DNA of 64,000 nt. Origin: an uncultured Spirochaetota bacterium. Its GTDB lineage: Bacteria; Spirochaetota; Brevinematia; Brevinematales; JAOACQ01. Shown piece after piece: positions 58,226 through 64,000 of this stretch. The first letter of the stretch is position 1. Each line of letters opens with the position of its first letter. The translations under genes and the position numbers were made by a program. Under the pieces are notes generated by a model, which saw only the letters and a list, made by a program, of their open reading frames with translations, was not told the origin of the DNA and ran no database searches. Location: positions 1,280,001-1,344,000 of the forward strand of contig CAVYGN010000002.1 in assembly GCA_963768055.1 (NCBI GenBank), written 5' to 3'.

Positions 58226-58987
58226 TTATGCCACTGTGTTCACCAGGTCGTCCATCCCGTCGATCCTTATGATAATCTCATCACCCTTCTTCATTTCCCC
58301 GACACCCTCCGGCGTACCTGTGGCTATTATATCTCCCGGATAAAGGGTCATCACTCTGCTGACGAAACTTACCAGAGTATATACATCGAAGATCATTTCA
58401 GCCGTGTTTGAATCCTGCCTGACCTTGCCGTTGAGTATCGCCTGGATCCGAAGCTTTTGAGGATCTCCAATCTTTGTTTCGATAAAAGGCCCGAAAGGAG
58501 CAAAGGTGTCGAAACCCTTGGCCCTTGTCCATTGTCCGTCAAGGGCCTGAAGATCGCGGGCCGTTACATCGTTAAAAGCCGTATAACCCAGGATATAATT
58601 AACAGCCTCGCCGGGAGGAACTTGTTTCGCTGTATGTTTTATAACAACTGCAAGTTCGGCTTCATAGTCTAACCTTCCTGATTCGGCCGGATATATGATT
58701 TTGCCCTTATGGGGCAGGATGCTTGAAGAGGGTTTTAAAAACAGCAACGGTGTTTTAGGAATATCGAATTTCAATTCTTCGGAATGGCGCCTGTAATTTA
58801 AACCTACGGCCACTATTTTGGAGGGTTTTTCAGGAGTTAGTATTTCCAACTCTGAAAGACTTTCCTCCCCCTTCCCGGTCCTTTGAAAATCAGGACTGAG
58901 CCTTATTACGCTTTCCCCTATGACCTCTCCGAAAAAACCCCTTAAGCCTTCGATTTCTCCTTTTTTATTAAAAAAACCGATTTTCAA
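58226..58987 (-). CDS. Fumarylacetoacetate hydrolase family protein
   Basis: GLNY..H, FLKP, DYEAEL, NDVTARD, KGFDTF, TGTPEGVG. Confidence 0.95.
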   Translation of the reverse strand: MKIGFFNKKGEIEGLRGFFGEVIGESVIRLSPDFQRTGKGEESLSELEILTPEKPSKIVAVGLNYRRHSEELKFDIPKTPLLFLKPSSSILPHKGKIIYPAESGRLDYEAELAVVIKHTAKQVPPGEAVNYILGYTAFNDVTARDLQALDGQWTRAKGFDTFAPFGPFIETKIGDPQKLRIQAILNGKVRQDSNTAEMIFDVYTLVSFVSRVMTLYPGDIIATGTPEGVGEMKKGDEIIIRIDGMDDLVNTVA

Positions 58988-59016
58988 AAATCTCTCCTGA
59001 ATTTACAAAAACTCCC

Positions 59017-59355
59017 TCACTCAAAATCTTCTCTTGCGTTTCGGCCGGTCTGGAGTATTAGATTCCCTACGAAATGATCGAGCTTTTCAACATTATCGTT
59101 GGAGATCTCTTCATATTTGATTCCTATCATATTACCGCTAACACTCTTGACTATACCCCAAAAATCGATTGCCTCGTTAGACGAATCGGGAAGACGGAAA
59201 ATAATCCTTACAAGATCGCCGATTACAAAAATCTGTTTTACTTCTAAGGCAAGGCCGCCTGTTGAAATATCCACTATTGTCCCTTCGCCCTCGCAGTTTC
59301 TCAGTGTATAATTCGCTTTTAAATTTACAGTGATCCTTGTCGGCCTTAAAGGCAT
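59017..59355 (-). CDS. PilZ domain protein
   Basis: RPTR and DISTGG motifs. Confidence 0.85.
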   Translation of the reverse strand: MPLRPTRITVNLKANYTLRNCEGEGTIVDISTGGLALEVKQIFVIGDLVRIIFRLPDSSNEAIDFWGIVKSVSGNMIGIKYEEISNDNVEKLDHFVGNLILQTGRNAREDFE

Positions 59356-59382
59356 TGGAGCCTCCTGTAATATTTCCGCATT

Positions 59383-59634
59383 TTATTTAAATAATCCGAT
59401 ATCGAGTTCGGAATCCTCGCCGCTTGCCAGTCGGGAAATATTTTTTACTTCATACACTTTTTTTTCGATATCGGAAAGTTTTAATTCAAGCTTGCCTGAA
59501 AGTTTCATTCCTTCCTCATAGAGAATAAGAGCTTCTTCTACCGGGACGCCGTTATCGAGTTTCATAACGATCTCTTCAAGGCGCTTCATATCTTCTTCAA
59601 AGCTCCGGCCGTTTTTTTCTAATCTTTTTGGCAT
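59383..59634 (-). CDS. xseB: Exodeoxyribonuclease VII small subunit
   Basis: SFEE.M.RLEEIV.KL..G.P.EEAL.LYEEGMKL. Confidence 0.9.
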   Translation of the reverse strand: MPKRLEKNGRSFEEDMKRLEEIVMKLDNGVPVEEALILYEEGMKLSGKLELKLSDIEKKVYEVKNISRLASGEDSELDIGLFK

Positions 59635-59768
59635 TATTTGCCTGCCGTTAAATAAAACTTTCATCCAATTATAAAGTAAAAATTATAAAAAATAAAGAAA
59701 AAATAAAATCCCCCTTCTTTGCAGTTGACAACGAAATAAAGGTATGATAAAGTTTGAAAGGGTAAAAA

Positions 59769-60170
59769 ATGAAAAATTTTTTTGAACTATCATTATCCAC
59801 AGGTAAAAGTAACGAATTTATTAATATTACATCGACAATTCAAAAATGTATAACAGAAACGGGTATAAGGGAAGGCCTTTGCATTATATTTGTTCCTCAT
59901 ACTACTGCCGGGGTGACGGTCAATGAAAACGCCGATCCGGATGTTGTTTATGATGTTATCAATCACCTTTCCAGGACTATTCCCCCCGGCGGTTACGCGC
60001 ATTCGGAAGGGAATTCCGACGCTCATATCAAATCGAGTCTCATCGGCCCTTCACAGTACCTGATCATTTCGGGAGGGAGGGCCGTTCTTGGCACATGGCA
60101 GGGCGTTTATTTTACTGAGTTCGATGGTCCAAGGCACAGGAAATATTATGTGAAATGCCTCGAAGGGTAA
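59769..60170 (+). CDS. yjbQ: YjbQ/UPF0047 family protein
   Basis: PHTTAG.TVNENADPDV, H.EGNSDAHIKSSL, LGTWQG...EFDGPR. Confidence 0.92.
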   Translation: MKNFFELSLSTGKSNEFINITSTIQKCITETGIREGLCIIFVPHTTAGVTVNENADPDVVYDVINHLSRTIPPGGYAHSEGNSDAHIKSSLIGPSQYLIISGGRAVLGTWQGVYFTEFDGPRHRKYYVKCLEG

Positions 60171-60277
60171 TAGCAATATTCCGAAAGGTTAATGCAATAA
60201 ACCTTGAGGAATAATTGCTATTATACCAATATCCCGAAAGGCTAAAGTTAATTAGCCTTGAGGAATAATTGGCATTA
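60168..60277. repeat. Two tandem ~55-nt hairpin units
   Basis: caatat(t/c)ccgaaagg(t/c)t...a(a/g)ccttgaggaataattg repeated twice. Confidence 0.75.
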
Positions 60278-60357
60278 TGCCGAAAGTCTGCGGTCATCAG
60301 TTGGCGGTCTGCAAATAAAGAGACTGTGCACTTCAGACCAATGACTATCGATGCTGA

Positions 60358-60921
60358 CTATCGACTAAAGTACATATATGGGGAGTTCTCTCCAAAGTAA
60401 TAATCTCTTGCACTGTCCTGGTATTTGTACTGGGCTGTGAGGCCCTGGAGGCCGTACCCCTGGAAATAAGAAAGCTCCATTTTATAATATCCCCTGGCCA
60501 GGAATACATTATACTGGTTGCTTCCAAAAGCCCTGTTCGAAATAAATTCGCCAATAAGGCGGTCATTGAGCTTCAGCCGGAATCCGTCATCTGAAGCTAT
60601 GGTAAATAAGTAAAGTCCGTCTTTTTCTACATGGATCGTGGAATATAAAAAAAGATAAAAATTAAGGGTATATGAAAAATTTCCAATATCGTTATGATCG
60701 AGAATAGACCCCTGTTTGAAATTTATAGTATTAATATAATATGTGTTGGTAAAATCAGGAACAATCGGAGTATCCAGTGTAATAATATCGCCCTTCTGTT
60801 TTATGATCGTCATTTTAATATTTGTATTGAAAACAACGGGAGACAGCATCCGGTATATAAAGAATATCGCAAATAATAAACAGCCGGCCAGGAAAATCAT
60901 CTTCTTATCGATAGGTTTCAT
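60358..60921 (-). CDS. Membrane-anchored PA14 domain protein
   Basis: N-terminal TM; G.Y.F..ASDDGFRL, L..GYY...L.YFQG.G. Confidence 0.88.
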   Translation of the reverse strand: MKPIDKKMIFLAGCLLFAIFFIYRMLSPVVFNTNIKMTIIKQKGDIITLDTPIVPDFTNTYYINTINFKQGSILDHNDIGNFSYTLNFYLFLYSTIHVEKDGLYLFTIASDDGFRLKLNDRLIGEFISNRAFGSNQYNVFLARGYYKMELSYFQGYGLQGLTAQYKYQDSARDYYFGENSPYMYFSR

Positions 60922-60937
60922 TCATTGCTCCGATTAT

Positions 60938-62479
60938 TCAGAAATTTACAGGAACAAGACCCCAAACCGAAAGCCATGCCCTTTTAAAAAAACTAAGGCT
61001 ATCCAGGGAAACGAAATAACTGAAAGGAGCGTAGAAAAGGAAAACGCAGAATATCTCCGCTAAGAAAAAAATTGAGATATTGCGTAGCATTTTGTCGTTT
61101 GTCTTCATTTCATCCCTGAAATAATACTGGAAAATCATGAAAGCCAGGAAAAAGGAAAATATCAAGGGTATAAAATAATGATATAAGTACATTACCCTCT
61201 CGATAGTCAACATCGTTGCCATGTATATAAAATAAAGTATTGTAAAATAAACCATGATATGGAATTCCTGTTTATTGCCGGCCGGAGCTTTGAATAAAAT
61301 TACTCCGCACACGAATACCGTTGCCATAATTATACCTAATAACCCGGAAAACCAGATCAGGGGATTTCCCTGGAGATATAGATATGCTACCTTGCCCCCG
61401 AATTTACTCCAGCGGTAATTGATACTTTTATACCCGAAAGGCCAGCCGAAGGGAGGGCTGCCGTTTTCATCTACCTTTGAAGGAGTCCATTTCGGAACCC
61501 CCTTTTCATAATTATGAATAAAAGCGAAATAATCCCTCAGCATAATAAAAAAATGGACAGGATTGGCTGTTTCCTTCGAGTTGAGAATAGCTCCGTATTC
61601 ACTCGAAGCAAGATAAGACCTCCCTTTCTCAACGCGGGAGGCGATGGAAAAATGAATATAAAAGGTTATGAAAAAGATAAGCAAGACTCCGGCTGCCGAT
61701 AATACGGCTTTATTTATGAAATCGGCCAAATCTTTCCATGTAATCTTGAAAGGAAGAATTAAAGGGCTGAAATCCTCATATGCGAGAAAAATAAAGAATA
61801 CAAGCAGGATGGAACTGTTGAGTTTAACGGAAATTGCTACTCCGGTTAGCAGCCCGAGTATTAAATATTCCTGCGCTTTTCTTTTGTCTTTTTTTTGAAG
61901 AAGGATTAAAAAATATAAAACAGCCAGGAGGATGAAGAAAATCTGTATGCCTTCCAGCATGGCGCCCCTCAAATGAACGAGAAGGGCGTTATCGAATAAA
62001 AAAAACGATGTGAAACCCAATGCGTAATCTACCGATACGGAGAACCGGGCCAGAATGAGAAAAAATAGAACTGCGGATAAAGCCGAGAAAAGCACGGGGA
62101 AAAAACGAACGCCGGCAAATGAATAATTGGCCGGGAAGGAATTTATAAAATCGGTGTCGAGAAATGAGGATGTATCGATATTTTTATTAGGATTTATCAA
62201 TCTTTCGCCTAGCGCTATGATCAATTTACCGAGGGGAGGGTGGGGTTCCATGAAAAAAACGCCATTAATATATTTCTGCGCCGAGGCGATGTGGTAGTTT
62301 TCATCCCAGTAAGGTCCGTCAGGGAAGCTGTAGCCGCCCACGAACTTTGTGTTTTTTGTAATTGTGTCTGTTTCGACATATACCGGCATAATAAAATAAA
62401 AAAACAGGGCTGCGGCCAGTATCAAACAGGAATATAAAAAGGAATAATTTTTTTTATTGATCTTTGATGCATTGTCCAT
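60938..62479 (-). CDS. Protein O-mannosyltransferase-like GT-C (PMT/GT39)
   Basis: YWDENYH, HPPLGKL, RFFP..F, S.P.GWP, GNPLIW, RVMYLYHY. Confidence 0.88.
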   Translation of the reverse strand: MDNASKINKKNYSFLYSCLILAAALFFYFIMPVYVETDTITKNTKFVGGYSFPDGPYWDENYHIASAQKYINGVFFMEPHPPLGKLIIALGERLINPNKNIDTSSFLDTDFINSFPANYSFAGVRFFPVLFSALSAVLFFLILARFSVSVDYALGFTSFFLFDNALLVHLRGAMLEGIQIFFILLAVLYFLILLQKKDKRKAQEYLILGLLTGVAISVKLNSSILLVFFIFLAYEDFSPLILPFKITWKDLADFINKAVLSAAGVLLIFFITFYIHFSIASRVEKGRSYLASSEYGAILNSKETANPVHFFIMLRDYFAFIHNYEKGVPKWTPSKVDENGSPPFGWPFGYKSINYRWSKFGGKVAYLYLQGNPLIWFSGLLGIIMATVFVCGVILFKAPAGNKQEFHIMVYFTILYFIYMATMLTIERVMYLYHYFIPLIFSFFLAFMIFQYYFRDEMKTNDKMLRNISIFFLAEIFCVFLFYAPFSYFVSLDSLSFFKRAWLSVWGLVPVNF

Positions 62480-62623
62480 TAACAGCCTCTCGAAAAATTT
62501 TAATTTCCATATCTGAAAAAGTCAATCTGGAGATAAGAAATACCCGAGTTAAGAAATACTTGACAAATTCCGAAAATATATCAAAATATGAGTGACTTTA
62601 ATAGTCATCATGAGGAGTTATTT

Positions 62624-63337
62624 ATGAAGAACTCACCGGTAATATTGCTAGCGCTTTCATTTTTATTTTCTTCCGGGTTGTTTTATGGCGCTCATAATAT
62701 AACTGAAGACGCAGTGAGTACGGTCGGCCCGGACGGCATACCCCAGCTTATAGAGGTCATCCGTTCATCGGACCCTGCCGATGACGACATAAGGGTGAAG
62801 GCTATGAAAAGACTGGGTGAGTTGAAAGCCAAGGAAGCGACCGATATGCTGATTGAAATGCTTGAAACAAAAAGGCTTGTTCTCGGCGGTAAAGAAATAT
62901 ATAACTGGAAGCTTAAAGTTGAGGCCGCAAAAGCCCTCGCTGCAATAGGCGACGATAGAGCGGCCGTATACCTCGTTGAAATGCTCCGGTATGAAGACGA
63001 TAATACTGTCAGAAGGGCCGCTTCCCAGGCCCTTGGAGACATGGGAGAAGCCGCAAGAAAAATGACGGTCCTGGATGTTATGCACACCGAGCTTGAAGGC
63101 GCGAGAGATAACGGCCTTGTGGCGGACTTGTGTGACGCCCTCGGGAAAATAGGCGATAAAGCTTCTTTTGTTTATCTTCTTAGGGTGACTCAGGGGCCAT
63201 GGCTTAACTTTGTGAAGGAAACTGCCCAAAAAAGCATTGGAATGATCAAATGGGATAAAGCCTCTGTTTATGGTGAGGAAAACACTGCAAATACCGCTTC
63301 TTCAACCTCATCGACAAATGAAACAAAACACAAATAA
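62624..63337 (+). CDS. Secreted HEAT-repeat protein
   Basis: GAGGAG RBS, signal peptide, VRRAASQALG / AAKALAAIGD / DALGKIGD repeats. Confidence 0.85.
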   Translation: MKNSPVILLALSFLFSSGLFYGAHNITEDAVSTVGPDGIPQLIEVIRSSDPADDDIRVKAMKRLGELKAKEATDMLIEMLETKRLVLGGKEIYNWKLKVEAAKALAAIGDDRAAVYLVEMLRYEDDNTVRRAASQALGDMGEAARKMTVLDVMHTELEGARDNGLVADLCDALGKIGDKASFVYLLRVTQGPWLNFVKETAQKSIGMIKWDKASVYGEENTANTASSTSSTNETKHK

Positions 63338-63361
63338 TACCAATTTTGACTAAAACGGAGC

Positions 63362-63406
63362 GGCCTGTCCCTCCCCTTTAAAAAGGGAAGTGACGGGCCT
63401 TTTTTA
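63362..63406 (+). terminator. Rho-independent terminator
   Basis: ggcctgtc...gacgggcc stem followed by a T run. Confidence 0.7.
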
Positions 63407-63427
63407 TAAATGGGGGGACTGTAATTT

Positions 63428-64000
63428 ATGAGAAAGAATTCAAAGCTTCAGCATAGGCTCGATACGATTCAGGATAATTTTATCGACAAGGGAAAGTTTA
63501 AACCCGCAATCGAAGACCTTCTGGCCCTGGAAAAAGAGGCCGGCAGTCATGACCTTATTTCCTATTATCTCGGGATCTGCTATTTAAACACTGACGATTA
63601 TAATAAGGCTGCGAACTGCCTCAAGGATATCTTTGCTTCGGCGGATCTTTCCATCATACAGCTCATCCAGTGCAATATGCTGCTGGGACTCATATATACT
63701 GAACTGGGATCATATACAAAAGCCGAGAAATTTTTTAAGAAAACCCTGGAGATAAACCCTGAAAGTTCGATGTCATTCTCAGCCTTGGGGTATGTATATT
63801 TTCTGACAAAAAAGTTCGATATGGCTATTTTTAATTTCAAGAAGGCTATTCAAAGCGATCCGAACAATGCAAGCGCTCATAATAATCTGGGATATACCCT
63901 GGCTGACCTTGGAATAAACCTTAATGAAGCTGTCAATGAATGCAGAAAAGCCGTAGCCTTGAACCCTAATTCCGGCGCATACAGGGACAGCCTGGGCTGG
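63428..64000 (+). CDS. TPR protein (runs off window end)
   Basis: Manual translation MRKNSKLQ...ALGYVYF...AHNNLGYTLAD...AYRDSLGW; multiple TPRs. Confidence 0.88.
   Translation, partial: MRKNSKLQHRLDTIQDNFIDKGKFKPAIEDLLALEKEAGSHDLISYYLGICYLNTDDYNKAANCLKDIFASADLSIIQLIQCNMLLGLIYTELGSYTKAEKFFKKTLEINPESSMSFSALGYVYFLTKKFDMAIFNFKKAIQSDPNNASAHNNLGYTLADLGINLNEAVNECRKAVALNPNSGAYRDSLGW

Noticed and set aside
60168..60277. CRISPR array or integron attC sites
   Set aside because: Only two units, no unique spacers, no cas or integrase genes, no RYYYAAC/GTTRRRY boxes

Overview
64-kb stretch of a diderm, chemotactic bacterium (moderately AT-rich; gene content and signal-peptide style suggest a free-living spirochete, which is inference only). 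Core genes: mutL-lgt, gltX, clpP-clpX-lon, xseB, pgsA-apgM-suhB, folC fused to an O-methyltransferase, and an A2-type heme-copper oxidase operon (sco-ctaD-ctaE-ctaF-ctaC-ctaB). There are also many signalling genes: HisKA_2 kinase, class III cyclase, GGDEF, an NtrY/NtrX-like pair, MCP, PilZ and LuxR. Most notable: (i) a 10-kb envelope/export locus (wHTH regulator flanked by two paralogous membrane proteins, then Omp85-like protein, two paralogous secreted TPR proteins, LolD-like ATPase, two FtsX/LolE-like permeases, LolA-like protein and a beta-barrel) whose two promoters share an ACTTT-N7-AAAG operator; (ii) a ~270-280 nt nested-hairpin element in two diverged copies with compensatory base changes, plus a partial third copy; (iii) an AT-rich gene cassette enclosed by two nested inverted-repeat pairs; (iv) unlisted small ORFs, several other structured intergenic repeats, and three homopolymer frameshifts that may be sequencing errors. 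No rRNA, tRNA, CRISPR array or transposase was recognised.
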